From assembly GCF_009914755.1 (NCBI RefSeq), contig NC_060931.1: a DNA stretch of 64,000 nucleotides; one strand, given 5' to 3'. The translations under genes were made by a program, and so were the position numbers. Below are positions 1 to 13,419 of the stretch, piece after piece (position 1 is the first letter of the stretch; the number at the start of each line of letters is the position of its first letter). The notes under the pieces are model-generated. The model had not been told where the DNA came from, made no database searches, and saw only the letters and a list, made by a program, of their open reading frames with translations. The DNA comes from the human T2T-CHM13v2.0 reference genome, Homo sapiens.

Positions 1-145
1 CTTTTCCCTGCTTTGTACATTCAGTGTAAACTTTTAATGAATTACACAGGTGAATCATATGATTAGCATGAATTGTTGTAAGTGATGGATTTCATTATGG
101 ATTGTCCTTAAATCAGTATGACTTTGAACAAAGCCAAACTCAGTA

Positions 146-833
<688 letters not shown>

Positions 834-1193
834 TAACACACAAAGTGAAAGTTTGCTGGATTAAAAAATAAATATTTGCAGGCCTCTCGTATTCAGGAAA
901 TTTATCAATATGTTTAAATAGTGAATAGGGTGCTTTGTTCTCAGAAGTATTATAGCAGAAGATGAAAAGTTACAATTAGCATGTGAGAAAAGAAAGTGTT
1001 GTGTGGAAATAGGTAAAAGCTCACATTTTCTAAAGAAAATATGTTGCGGAACTTAAAGGAATGTCATGCTCCTTGCTAGAGCTTAGTGATGACATTGGCC
1101 ATGGCAACGTGGCAAGGGACAGTGGGGAGGAGAGAAGGAGGATGGCAGCACTAGTATGTGTTTCCGAGTTATCTCACTGTCACTTCCGCTTAC

Positions 1194-1257
1194 CAACAAA
1201 CATAATCCTGGGGACATACTGGCCATCAGGAGAAAGGTGTTTGTCAGTTGTTTCATA
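1194..1257 (-). CDS. AGR2: AGR2 coding exon 6 (YETTDKHLSPDGQYVPRIMFV/D)
   Basis: minus strand ttttag|TATGAAACAACT…TTTGTTG|gtaagc; 64 nt; phase matches exon 5; peptide matches AGR2. Confidence 0.98.
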
Positions 1258-1619
1258 CTAAAATAAAAAGAAAAGCATCTTTTAGTTTACTTTGACTTTT
1301 CAGTCGTTTTCAAACTTGTTAATACAAGAATCTGTCCATTTCCGGCCAGGCATCTCAAGATATCATAACTCTTCCACACAGAGTTTATTGTACAGATGAG
1401 GAGACAAGTTACAAGCATGAAATAATAAATAAGATAGAGCAGAACATGAGATAAAGTGCTGAATGGATGTGATAAAGAGCAAAAAAATTAAGGGAGAATT
1501 TGGAAGGAGTTACTGTGTTTGGGGAAGACATCTGGGATGAAATAAGAGGCTATTAAAGAAAAAAGCAGATGTCATTTCTAGAGAAATTACGGAGACAAGT
1601 ACGGGATTTTCTTGAGTAT

Positions 1620-2960
1620 TCATTTATCCATTTATCAATTTTTATTTAGAACTGTATTTAGCAAGGCATGGTGCTTATCTTTAATGAATGCACACTCTAT
1701 TGAGAGATACAGGTAGGAAAATGAATATTGAGGATGCAGTGGGTGAAATGTTACGGTGTAGGATATGCAGGTTTGGTGATTGCCTTGAGCAAGACATTTA
1801 GCCCAGAATGCAGATTCCACCCCGACTAGGACTTTCTGAAGTGGATAAGGAGGAATCTTTACAAATGAACAGGAGTCAGTTAGGTGGAAAAGAAAGACAC
1901 TTCATGCAGGGGGAAGAGTATGGAGAGGACAGGTGGAGCATTTTCTCCTATGGCCAAGTGCTGGGGAAGGACTGAGTTGGGGGGATGCACGAGGGCAGTG
2001 GCGAAAGAAGGTGCTAGAGCTGCTTCAGGGGCCGGCTTAGGAATGACTTTGCACACCATGCCATAGTGTTTTCCTTTGTTCAGAAATAGTTAAGAACCAC
2101 TGGAGGGATGTTAGAAGAGGCACTGTGACCCCAGTTTGGTCTGTAAAGCAACTACTCTGACAGCCATGTGGGATTAGACAGAGTTTATCTTGTAGACCAG
2201 GAGCCATTTAGCAGTATTACAGTAAGCTAGGGAAAGTGAAAGAGGCTTACTAAAATAGTGGTCCTGAGTTTATAGAGAAGTGACTAGTAGCAGGAATACT
2301 TGGAATTTAGAAGCACAGGGCTTATTGCATGCTGTAGGTAAGTAGGAGAGTCCAATCTAGCACAGTACCACTTTCAGTAAAATAGGGAATAGAGAAAGAA
2401 GAGCTATTGGAAAAGCGCAAACCAAGATGATTAATGTGCAGTGAGGAACATACTGAGTTTAAGCTGATTATGAGATATCTGGAATATGGTTGGATAGACA
2501 ATTTGGAAGTTGTTTCATGTTTGGGTAAGATGTAGGAATTATTAGTGTGTCGGAATTGATTAAAGGCAGTTGTAGATGGAGTTGTTCACTGAATACAAAA
2601 TATGGAAAGAGAAAAGGGTCAAGTAGAGATTCATCATGTCACTCACATTAAGGAGTAGGAAGAGGAAGAGGAAGAGCCCATGGAAGAGAGGCAAGGAAGA
2701 ACTACTGGTGCGAAGTGGTCTTTAAGGAAGCCAACCTGTGAAGAGGAAGGGCCGGAGGGCTCAAAAGGACATATGATTAGGTAGAGTCATTTTTTTGTTG
2801 GCTTGCTTTTAGAAGGAAAATGAAACATTTGTATACAGTAAAAAGAACTTGCCGAGACAGAAAGCTTGAGCACCGTGAGGGGTGGTAGTGGTGAAGTAAG
2901 GTGGGAATGCATGAAGCTAAAGCACAAGAGGCATGATTAGAGTTGGAAAGCCAGAGAGCT
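1620..2960 (-). mobile_element. Degenerate L2 LINE segments
   Basis: purine-rich tract with L2-like motifs (actactctgacagccatgtggga, gaccaggagccatttagcagtattacagtaagctaggg); edges uncertain. Confidence 0.5.
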
Positions 2961-3306
2961 GTCTCTTCCCAAGAGATGACCAGGATTAAGAATGGGTGTA
3001 GAGAAGCCAGGACTATAGAGGGACGGGCACAGCAAGTAACAAAAACCTTCCAGCAACAGAAAAAATTCTGACTACGGGAGAGAATTTTTCAGACAAACTA
3101 AGATGATTAATTACTAAATAAAAACAGACACACCAAATGGATTATTAATACAACGAAATATCTTTTTTCTCTCTAATTTATGAGATGGGATATTTGGAAG
3201 CAATCCCAGTTAATGCAGTATAACTAAGATGTATAGGAAAAATGAATCATCCATTTCAAGTAATGAGCCATAGAGAAATGTTAGTAATGATGAAAAGGAA
3301 ACTTAC

Positions 3307-3380
3307 AACCAGATTGAGGAGGACAAACTGCTCTGCCAATTTCTGGATTTCTTTATTTTCAGCAAACACTTTCTTTAAAG
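3307..3380 (-). CDS. AGR2: AGR2 coding exon 5 (A/LKKVFAENKEIQKLAEQFVLLNLV)
   Basis: ttatag|CTTTAAAGAAA…CTGGTT|gtaagt; 74 nt; cumulative CDS 330 nt. Confidence 0.98.
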
Positions 3381-3565
3381 CTATAATATAAAGAAAAATC
3401 ATTAAGCATCCATCTTAGCATTGGTTAAAAGCTTTGTTCTATTTTCAGTTAAATTGCATTTTATTTACTTATTGAATTGCATTTTAAATACAGTATTCTA
3501 CTTTGGCCTTTTAGCAAATGATTAGTGAAGTAATATCTATGGCATTGACTACCTCTGCTTTCTAT

Positions 3566-4520
3566 TCACTCATTCATCCATTCATTCATCAATTCATTTT
3601 TTTCTCCAGCTCATATTTATTGAATGGCTGCCATGTGTTACGCACTGTGTTCTGTACTAGGGATGGTGCAGTGAACAAAAAAAAGCATGTGTTTTTTCAC
3701 AGAGCTCACATACTTGTGTGGGAGACAAACCATAAACAAAGAAATAAGTAGATGATACTTTCAGGTAGAGATATGTACTTTGAAGAAAAATAAAGCAAAG
3801 CAAAGGGTTTAAAAACTGTGAGTGGTCAGGGCAGATCTTCCTGAGGAGCTAACGTTGAAGTGAGGGAGTGGTCCATTTTGGGGTAGGCCACTGTGGGCAG
3901 GGGGAACTGCAAAAGCACTAGCTGTGAGGTGGGAATGAGCTCACCTGTGGGAGGAACAGCACGAAGGCCAGGCTGGAGAGAGTGAAGAAAGCAAGAGGAG
4001 AGTGGTAGGAAGGGAGAGATAGCCATTGGCCTGATCATGTCAGCCTCATAGGTTGTGATCAGAAATTTGGATTTAGTTCTGTGATAAGAAGCCACTTGAG
4101 CACGTGAGTGATGGAATCTGATTTATGTCTACCAGCCTCACTCTGGCTTCTGTGTGGACTGGCTGTAGGGTGGCCAGTTAGGTGACTGTTATGGTAGTCT
4201 AGACAAGATCTGATCTGGGCTTGGACCAGGGCAGTAGCATGGAGGCAATAGGAAGTGGTTGGATTTGGGCCCAGTGCAAAATGAAAGGGTAGAGCCCCTT
4301 GTTGAAGAATTACTAAGACTTTTAAGACAATGATAGCCAAGTTTAAACCAAGTTTGGGAACCTTCTAAGCTTGGGGCCCTGTGAGATGGCACAGGCTTCA
4401 TGCCTGTGAAGCTGGTGCTGGTTTAAGGATATATTTTGAAGATAAAGCCAGTATTTGCTGGTGTATTGAATGTGGACTGTAAGAGAAATCAAGAAGTTGA
4501 AGATGAATCCTAAAACTAGT
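3566..4520 (-). mobile_element. L2 LINE fragment interrupted by MER45A
   Basis: (cattc)n…atttattgaatggctgccatgtgttacgcactgtgttctgtactagggatggtgcagtgaacaaaa is a typical L2 3' end in reverse. Confidence 0.75.
4267..4420 (-). mobile_element. MER45A-like hAT-Tip100 MITE
   Basis: gggcccagtgcaaaatgaaa…gccccttgttgaa…ggggccctgtgag…tgaagctggtgctg matches the reverse complement of the MER45A consensus (recalled). Confidence 0.75.
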
Positions 4521-4713
4521 TTTTCAAAATATGTACCAATGGTTATCACAAAATGTGGAGATATTTGAAGTCACTTTTAAATATGTTTTTACTATATAAA
4601 ATATTCTTTCTTTAATGCAACTGTGGTTCTAAAGATACAAACATGAGTGATCTGAACCCTGGCCCTAAGGCTAAAAGCCTATAAAGGAAATCATACTTAG
4701 AAGAATAAATTAC

Positions 4714-4766
4714 CTTGACTGTGTGGGCACTCATCCAAGTGATGAATAATCATCAAGGGTTTGTTG
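4714..4766 (-). CDS. AGR2: AGR2 coding exon 4 (NKPLMIIHHLDECPHSQ; contains CPHS thioredoxin-like CXXS motif)
   Basis: ttaaag|CAACAAACCC…AGTCAAG|gtaatt; 53 nt. Confidence 0.98.
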
Positions 4767-4882
4767 CTTTAAAAGACAGAGATTAGACAAATTTTAATGA
4801 GTAAGATTTCACATATATCTAGATGTCACTAGGTGGTGCTCTTGAGAGCTTTGAGGGAGCTCTGAGTAATCCTGATCTTTAC

Positions 4883-4946
4883 CTTGTCTTGGATTTATAT
4901 AGAGCTTCTTCATATGTCTGAGTCCAGATGAGTTGGTCACCCCAAC
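4883..4946 (-). CDS. AGR2: AGR2 coding exon 3 (GWGDQLIWTQTYEEALYKSKTS; EALYK dimerisation motif)
   Basis: ttctag|GTTGGGGTGAC…GACAAG|gtaaag; 64 nt. Confidence 0.98.
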
Positions 4947-5220
4947 CTAGAATGAAATGAATCAGTATATTTGAAGCTTGTATAAATTCAGACCCAAAGC
5001 TGTTGAAAAGCAATGGTAAAGACTGGGATAATAGACCCTATACTAAAGAAGAAGAAAAACCCCTGGAGAAAGTAGAAATAATTATAAACAGTGATAAGTC
5101 TAGAAGGAACACAACCAAAAATAACCTGGCACCAGGTTAGAACCAGGTTTAAGCACCAAGAGAGAGGAAATCTTTTCCAATTAAGTAGCAGTTGGAAGCC
5201 AACAAGAAGCTGACTCCTAC

Positions 5221-5359
5221 CTCTGGAGAGGGTCTGGGGCAGTTTGGGTCGAGAGTCCTTTGTGTCCTTTTTGGCTCCAGGTTTGACTGTGGTATCTCTG
5301 GCCAGAGTGTAGGAGAGGGCCACAAGGAGCAAGAATGCTGACACTGGAATTTTCTCCAT
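5221..5359 (-). CDS. AGR2: AGR2 (anterior gradient 2, PDI family) first coding exon: signal peptide MEKIPVSAFLLLVALSYTLA + RDTTVKPG…PQTLSR
   Basis: ATG at 5359 in gccATGg Kozak context; exon acceptor ctag|agttgcc at 5366; donor AGAG|gtagga; 139 nt. Confidence 0.99.
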
Positions 5360-5534
5360 GGCAACTCTAGTATGGAAAACCAACCAAAATCAGTAAACAA
5401 AATTGAACTAGCAGTCTTCAGGGTCTGCAGGTTGCCCCACAACGGTGGAATATACCAGAAACTGAGGCTCTGCTGAGACTGGACATACGAGATTGGCGTA
5501 AATAGCTCTGTTCCATGGGATTTTCCTAAGAATA

Positions 5535-6228
5535 CAGGTGGTCTTTGACTTACAATTGAGTAATGTTCCAATAAACCCATTGTAAACTGAAAATATTGCA
5601 AGTCAAAATGCATCCAGAGTAGTCTCTCCTTTCCCAGGGTTTTACTTTCTGCGGTTTCAGCTAACCACGGTCAACCGCGTCCAAAATAAGTGAGCACAGT
5701 GCAATAAGATATTTTGAGAGAGAGACCAAATTCACCTAACTTTTATTATAAGATACTGTTGTAATTGTTCTGTTTTATTATTAGCTCTTATTAATCTCTT
5801 ATTGTGCTTAATTTATAATTTCAACTTTATCATAGATATGTATGCATAGGAAAAAACATAGCATATGTAGTGTTTGGTACTAATGTGCGGTTTCAGGCAT
5901 CCACTGAGGGTCATGGACCATAACCCCCACAGATAATGGGGGAACTACCGTAATACACCTAACCCACTGAACACCACAGCTGAACCTACCGTAAATGTGC
6001 TCAGAACACTCACATTAGCCTAAAGTTGGGAAAAGCCATCCAACACAAAGCCCATTTTATAGTAAAGTGTTAAATATCTCAAGTAATTTTTATGAATACT
6101 CTATTGGAAGTAAAAACCAGAATGGTTATATGGATACTTGAAATACAGTTTCTACTGAATGTGTATTGCTTTTGCACCATCATAAAGTCAAAAAATTAAG
6201 TCAAACTTCTGTAAGTTGGGACTGTTTG
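5535..6228 (+). mobile_element. MER47A-like Tigger MITE (split by nested MER44A)
   Basis: TA-caggtggtctttgacttac…gtaagttgggactgtttg-TA; halves 5535-5613 and 5951-6228 join into a continuous MER47A. Confidence 0.8.
5617..5950 (+). mobile_element. MER44A-like Tigger MITE
   Basis: gagtagtc…gcggtttcagctaaccacggtcaaccgcg…gggggaactaccg-TA; terminal inverted repeats. Confidence 0.8.
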
Positions 6229-6342
6229 TATATAGTATGGATAGCTGTCTATTGATCCACATAGATAAAGACAAAAAGATATAGATCTCTATAGATATAG
6301 AGTTATCTATATAGATATACATATCTATATAGAAATAGATAA

Positions 6343-6697
<355 letters not shown>

Positions 6698-7813
6698 GAT
6701 ATCTTAGTTAAATTACTTTTTCTTTCTGGTATGCCACAGTTGATTCCCAGGAAAAACTAAAGCCTATGAAAAGGAAAGTACATGGCAAGATAAGTTTTGT
6801 GAGTGAGGAGGGAGGGAGGGAGCAAAGTGAGTTGCTCTAGCAAGTCACTAAGGTTGTCCACGGGGCCGTAACATGGAAGGCTGGAGATTTGGGATTCTGA
6901 TAAAACCAAACACTAAAAGTGCTAAAAAGGAAATATGAAACCCCGGCACCTAACTCTAGTATTGGTGAATGGTTTTGAATGAAGTCAAATAAACTCTGCA
7001 AGGAATTACTATTGTTAAGCAGGAAGTTTTTCATAATCTAATATCTTGAGTGGAAACCTTTGCTAAGCATTAGCTGATTTTTTTTTAAGTGTTGCTAAGT
7101 TACCAGATCGAAATGATGTTTTGTATTTAACTGACCAATGATTAACTAATCCATAGTATGTAAGCACAAAATGTCTTACTCAGAAAAGATGTAAGCAAAA
7201 ATGAAGGATATACTTTGTTCATTTTCTATACCTACAAAGATGTGGAAATGCCAATAACTTTTGTCTTCTAGAGTTTTGCAAAAACAACCTAAGTGTACAC
7301 TGTAAGTCAACAATTCTCAGCCCTCTTTGTATAAAGACTTCTTTGTAATGTTAAAAAAATCAAGAACTTTTACATGAGAATAATTATACATTTGGAATAC
7401 TGGTTGGTTCAGAAACATATGGCAAATAATTTCTTTGACTCTATCAACAAACACTTGATTTTATCTTTTATTTATAACAGCATCTATATATATTCTAAAA
7501 AATAGTAAATTGATGGTAAGGCATTTTTATTTACTTAGCCCATTTACAGTTCTTGTTTTCCAAGTAGCTATTAGGACCTTGCAGTATCTCCAAAGATCAC
7601 AGGTTGGAACTATTGATATATTGCTTGTGTTTTACGGCAGGATGACTCAAGGAAGGCTAACATAACTCCTGCTGTACAAACATCCTGCTGTGGGGTGACT
7701 TTCTGAGATTCACTCCACTGAGTTTTCGTAATGTGAATAGATTCTGCTCTGCAAATTTCCTGCATAAACCACCTCAAAACACAATTCCATGGAAAATATT
7801 GATAATTTGGAGA

Positions 7814-7833
7814 CACACACACACACACACACA
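7814..7833. repeat. (CA)n microsatellite
   Basis: about 10 CA units. Confidence 0.9.
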
Positions 7834-8469
7834 TTATGTGAAGCCAGCACTTTTTACTCATCACCGTATCCCTGTCTTCTTGTCTTTAGCAAAGAATGAA
7901 CTTGCAAGACATTTTAGTGTCCCTATTTGTAGATGCTTCAGGAAAGCAACCAGCTCTCTCCTCTAATAGCCTATTCCATGAATTTAAAGATTGCAGAGGC
8001 AACAAGAATGTCTTTGCAGCAAAAAGAGAAAGAAAACTGTTTTCTGATTTGCAATAATATATTCCAAGCGGGCAATCCGAGCTGAGGTGTCATAGTGGAG
8101 AAGCCTATGGGGCTTTGCTTTAGCCCGTGGGAAAGAAAACTTTAGATGGTGACTGAGACGAAAATCCCTGGACCCTGTCCCAGGCTTGAAAAATCCTAAG
8201 ATTCACCTACTCTTGGAAATTTTGTTTCCCAAAGGAGAAAGCGTTTCTCTGAACTAACTCGGGAACGTCACACTGTGCCAGCTCTAGCCAAAGAAAGGCC
8301 CCAGTAAGACTTTTGTGGAAATTCCATGATTTCCCTTCCGTATCCTACTTCATTGCCCTTGGAAACTTGCAGTTCTCTGTTGCTTGATTGCCTACAACTT
8401 TATATAGCAATCAGAGGCCCGAATTCACTCCAGCAAGTACCCTTCTAAAGCTGCTGTCAGGAGCCTTAC

Positions 8470-8534
8470 CTGGATTTCCTCACCCACCTGCCTTGTGTGA
8501 GTCGGCGGCTAGGATGCGGTCCAAGCTTCTGAGT
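8470..8534 (-). other. AGR2: AGR2 non-coding exon 1 (proximal TSS approximate)
   Basis: actcagaagcttggaccgcatcctagccgccgactcacacaaggcaggtgggtgaggaaatccag|gtaagg matches the recalled AGR2 5'UTR; strong donor at 8469. Confidence 0.9.
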
Positions 8535-8650
8535 GTGCCAGCACAGCTGAGTCTCTATTTATGCACCAGGGCACACCTCAATCCCACCCACTAGTGCTGC
8601 ATTTACTTGTTGCTAACTCAGAAACGAACCTTCCTTTCCCCAAGTGATTA
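8535..8650 (-). promoter_or_regulatory. AGR2: AGR2 proximal promoter: TATA-like CATAAATA (8563-8556), forkhead-like AAGTAAAT (~8601-8608)
   Basis: TATA-like box ~25-30 nt upstream of exon 1; FOXA factors are known AGR2 regulators, but assigning this site is inference. Confidence 0.7.
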
Positions 8651-10019
8651 TCTTCCCTGGTTTAAAGAGTTCCTTGTTTTTAAAAATAACATTGCAAAAG
8701 TATGCTTTTCAGTATGCATGTTTTTAACTATTTGTGAAACGTATTGTTAAGAGGTTTTGAAACGATGGGCAGAGTGCCAAATCCAGGTAGACTTTGAATG
8801 AAGACATTTGATTTGCCTGAAGGCTGATTTGTCTTTACATGATTGGACAGAGTTTGTAGTTTGTAGATTTTTTTTCTGCTCCGTGGGCAGATTGCCTTTA
8901 TTTACTTGAAAACACACAAGAGATGATTCACAATTCTGATCCTCGCAGTCATATAACCTGCCATACTCCATTATGATAAAAATTATTTTCTACAATACTT
9001 CCCTGCTCCTGTCAAAACAATGCACCCTAACTTCTACAGGTATGAAAAAAAATACAAATCAAGTAACCCATGTAATTTTTCAAAACTGAGGAAGTATTGG
9101 CAAAAAAAAAAAAAAAAAACAGCCTAATATCGTGAGCTTGTAATAAATGCCTTGCCATTGAATGTATGCAGCAACTTCCCTCCACAGAGTTCAAAGGTAT
9201 TTCACAGATAATCTCTTATTTAAAGGCAAACTTTCCTGCCACGCAAGCAGGAAGCCATTTACTCCATTTTCTCAGACCTAAAAACTAAGGTCTGCAACCA
9301 AGTTTTTTTTCCACTCAAGACCATTTAATTACTCCCTGAAGATTTTAAAACTGGAATTTAAATTTTCTGTCAGAAAATTTTAATCCTGTATTTTGTTCAT
9401 GAAGTTGTGTGCAGTCTTTAAAAGCTCAGAATGAAGAAAATGTTAACAACAGAAAGTTAATGAATGGGATGCAAGCCCTATATAAATGACTTTTTAAAAT
9501 GAGTTAAGGTCATAATATTTCAAAAACATTTGCAAGTATGTATATTTTTCCAATAAATCCTTGAATTCTGTGGGCAAAATCGTGATTCTCCAAATACTGA
9601 ATTTCCTTTCAATTCTAATGAATTTACAGAAGTAATTTCTTCAGGAGTTTGAAAACGATGACTTGAGCAAAATTCTTAAAACTAGCAGGCCCTTATATAG
9701 ACCCTTGTAATATTCAATTCCAGTCTTTCATTTTACAGATGAATAAATGAAGATGGCAAAAAATTCATAACTTTTTGAAGGTCTCACAACTAGTTTAGGG
9801 CAGAGTTGGGACCAAAGTCCTTCAGTCCCTTATCCACTGAAAGTAACAAGTGGATGGGATTTGGAGTCAGGAGATTCCCATCTGAATCCTGCATCCTGGT
9901 GCTTGCTCATAGGATGATCTGAGATCTCATTTAACATCCCCAAAACTTCAGTTTCTCCATCTATAATATGGGGATAATATTAACATATGGGACCATTTTG
10001 AATATTAAATGACTTTTCC

Positions 10020-10224
10020 CTGTATTGCCACATGGTTTTTCCCTCTGTACCTGTCTGTGTCATTTTTTTCCTTTTCTTATAAGGACACCAGTCATATTGT
10101 ATTTGGGTCCTGCCTAATGACCAACTTTAACTTAATTACCTCTTTAAAGATCCTATTCTGAAGTCCTGGGGATTAAGACTTCAACATATGAATTTTTGGG
10201 GGGGACACAATTCAGCCCATAACA
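10020..10224 (-). mobile_element. MLT1 (MaLR) LTR fragment
   Basis: ttataaggacaccagtcatattg…gacttcaacatatgaatttttggggggacacaattcagcccataaca. Confidence 0.8.
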
Positions 10225-10229
10225 TTTGA

Positions 10230-10363
10230 TAAAAGTAGCTAATGCAGGCTGGCTTAAGACCTAGTTGTTGGGTTGATCAGTGCAGCAAACCACCATGGCA
10301 CACGTTTACTGATGGAACAAACCTGCACATCCTACACACATACTCCGGAACTTAAAAAAAAAA
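10230..10363 (+). mobile_element. L1PA 3' terminal fragment with poly-A
   Basis: gcagcaaaccaccatggcacacgtttac…aacaaacctgcacatcct…ggaacttaaaaaaaaaa. Confidence 0.85.
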
Positions 10364-10914
10364 GTCTTTGATTTGTTACAGTTAATTATAGTGATATAAT
10401 TATTCTATACTCATGTGCCTAATCTCATGTCAGGAAAAACCCAGAGTTTGTCATAGTGGCTGACGGATGGCAAGGAGGAGGTAATTATTAGCAGATATCC
10501 TACACATGCTATTGAGGCTGTGGAATCTTTGGCATATCTGTCTTGGTGTGAGGTAACTAGGGTTCTGTAGATGGTACATATAGTATGCTTTGAGACAAGC
10601 AAAGGAGGGGTTTTTGTTTTATGCTATTAAACTTCATCACTTTTAACAGTGATGCCATGTGATCAGTCCTTCAGGTTTGCCTGATACTGTAAAAATATGT
10701 CGCTATCAGGTAGATATTTTGGATAATACCTGAGTAGGACTTCCTGAAGTAGGATTTGATAATTTGATATACCGGTCTAATATTATAGTAAGTAAAACTA
10801 AGCTTGGTACCAGGGATCCTATAACAATGGTTGTAATTAAGTGGATATTATACCTTTGTGTTTTAAATGTTTATTACATTATAATTTTAGAGGCATTTAT
10901 TCAAGCATATTTTA

Positions 10915-11230
10915 TTTTATATTTTTAAATTCAACTTTTAAATTTAGGGGGTACATGTGCAGGTTTGTTACATGGGTATATTGCGTGATGCTAAGGTTTG
11001 GGGTACGATTGATCCCATCACCCAGGTAGTGAGCATAGCGCCCAATAGGTAGTCTTTCAGCCCTTTCTCCCTTCTTTTCCTCTACCCTTTTGGGGTCCAC
11101 AGTGTCTATGGGTCCCATCTTTGTGCCCATGTGTACCTAATGTTTAGCTACTACTAAGTGAGAACATGTGGTGTTTGGTTTTCCATTTCTGCATTAATTT
11201 GATTAGGATAATGACCTCCAGCTGCATCCA
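10915..11230 (-). mobile_element. 5'-truncated L1PA16-like element with perfect 17-bp TSD
   Basis: gggggtacatgtgcaggtttgttacatgggtatattgcgtgatgc…; TSD tattcaagcatatttta at 10898-10914 and 11231-11247. Confidence 0.9.
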
Positions 11231-11919
11231 TATTCAAGCATATTTTAAAGTGGATTATATCCTATTTTTGAGTTAAAACAGGAGACTTATAACTGGCAAT
11301 TATTGTGTAATCTAGCATGCATGAGTAGCTAACTCTTGTGTTTCATTTACTCATTCATTTATTTTCTTCACCAAGTATTCATCAACCCTGTTTATGTAGC
11401 AAATATTGTGCCAGGCATTAAATATATAAAAATGAAAAAATGATGGTCAGTTATTGAGGTAGCCAGACACACACATAGATAATTGCAATTCGGAGTGATG
11501 GGCCATGCTATGGGGAAAACATGTAGCAGTTTACAACACTGTTTCTACTCTAAGGTTACTTACGATCTGATTGAAGAATTAAGATGGAACAACACTAAAA
11601 ATTAGCCATTCACATGAGAATGGCACGCAACAAGAAACAAGTAAGTGGGATAGACATCAGGTGTGATTATTTTTCAGAGAGAGTAGAGATTGCTACCTAC
11701 TAGAGTGCTCAACTTGACGGCAGAAAGCAAGATTTCCAAATAGAGACGGTGATATAGAATTTGCAAAATATATTTGTGGGATATTTAAGGACGAGCCTAG
11801 CTGAAGTGAGAGACATCTGGGTAGCTCATAGACAATAGGGTTGGAGGGGTGTTTTGGGGCTATTTGCCTGGGCCTTTAATGCCATTCTAAGTTTAGACTT
11901 TACCCTCAAGAGGAAGCAT

Positions 11920-12170
11920 GTGAGGGTTAAGAGGGCAAGCTGTAGATTCAGATAGGTTCGAGTTTGAATCAAGTTTCCTGACTGTTACATACTTTACTAA
12001 TCCAGGCAACTTACTTAACTTCTCTGTGCTTTAGTCGTCTCACTTGTAGGTCTTCCTATCCCTACTTTTTTACTATATAGGATCTGTGGAAGATTACATA
12101 AGATAATAGACATAAAGTGCTTAGAATGGTACATAACACATAGTAAGCACTCAAAAATATTAGTTAGTAA
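11920..12170 (+). mobile_element. MIR SINE
   Basis: ggcaacttacttaacttctctgtgctttagtcgtctcacttgta…aagtgcttagaatggtacataacacatagtaagcactcaa. Confidence 0.75.
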
Positions 12171-13419
12171 TACAGAATGTATTACTTCTCTGTATTATGA
12201 TCATTTAGGTCTCAGTCTATGACAGCAGAATCTTTGTTGGATTACCCTTTGATTATAGCCTATCACAAGTCTTAAACTTTTCACACATATTCATTGGAAA
12301 TATTCATTTGTCATTATAACAATCTCACCAGACTTCATTATTTTCTTTTAAAAAAGTAAAAAGGCTCAGGTGAGTGGACATAATTAGCGCAAAGCCACAA
12401 AATTGATGAACAGAGAGAAGATCTAAAATTTTCCATAGTTGGTGATAATTAATCCAGTATTTCTTTCAGTCCATCAGGCTGCCTTCTGATGTCAGGAAAT
12501 AATGAGATAAGCCTGTAGATGCATAGAATTCCACATTACTGAATTATTATGAGCCTTATGCAGAGGGAAGTGCAAACGACTTCTTGTACTCAAAGGGTTT
12601 GCCTCAGAGAAGACTTGTCAAAAACATATCTAACTGCTGACCAAATAGCTGAATAAATTCTCCCTAAACTCTAGCTTAGAGAAATGGACACATAAAAATT
12701 TGTGTTTTGACAGAGGAAAACTTGGTTACCATTTGAATTTATTTTAATTTCTGAATTGGGCTTTTGTGCACAGAATGGTTTAGAGTTTCTGGAGTTTTAA
12801 TTGATATCCAGTAATGAAATTGTTAAAAATAGTTTAAACTGTACTTATATATCTAATTCTCTTAAACTTTCTAAATGCCCAACAGAGCAGATTTGCAAAC
12901 ATAATTAGCAAAACCTTTCTTTGAGTAAGCTTATCAGCTTTACTCTTCTTTGTATTCTTTCCTGAGACTAGTGATGGAGGAGCAGATTTACTGCTTGGGT
13001 GGATGAAGGTTCCTGGGTCTAAAGTTTGGGACCACGATATGTGTCAAAGGCTGAGAACCAGTCATTGATATGTTAAACTTAATGTCATACAATTAGATGT
13101 GTTTCTTGCGGGAAAGTATAGAGCAAAAGGACCAGCATACAACTTTGGTAATGATTGTCCATTTAGGAGTGAGGAAAAGAAATACTTGCAGAGCACAAAA
13201 AGTATAAAGTGTGAGGACAGGCAGGATAGTGTCATAGCCCTGGATCCAAGTCCAGTAGGAGCTACAAATCTCAAGGCAACAACTGGTGCCAAATGCGGCG
13301 AGACTTGTAACTAGACACTAGGAGAATACACTGATTGTATAAAAATCAGTGGCTTTAAACGAAAATTCATGAAGGGTTCTTGGGTTGAAATAATGAAAAG
13401 CTAAGTGTTCTGGTGCAGT

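Noticed and set aside
5149-5613. 154-aa ORF overlapping AGR2 exon 2 in another frame
   Set aside because: Starts inside a Tigger MITE in intron 1; no homology or splice support
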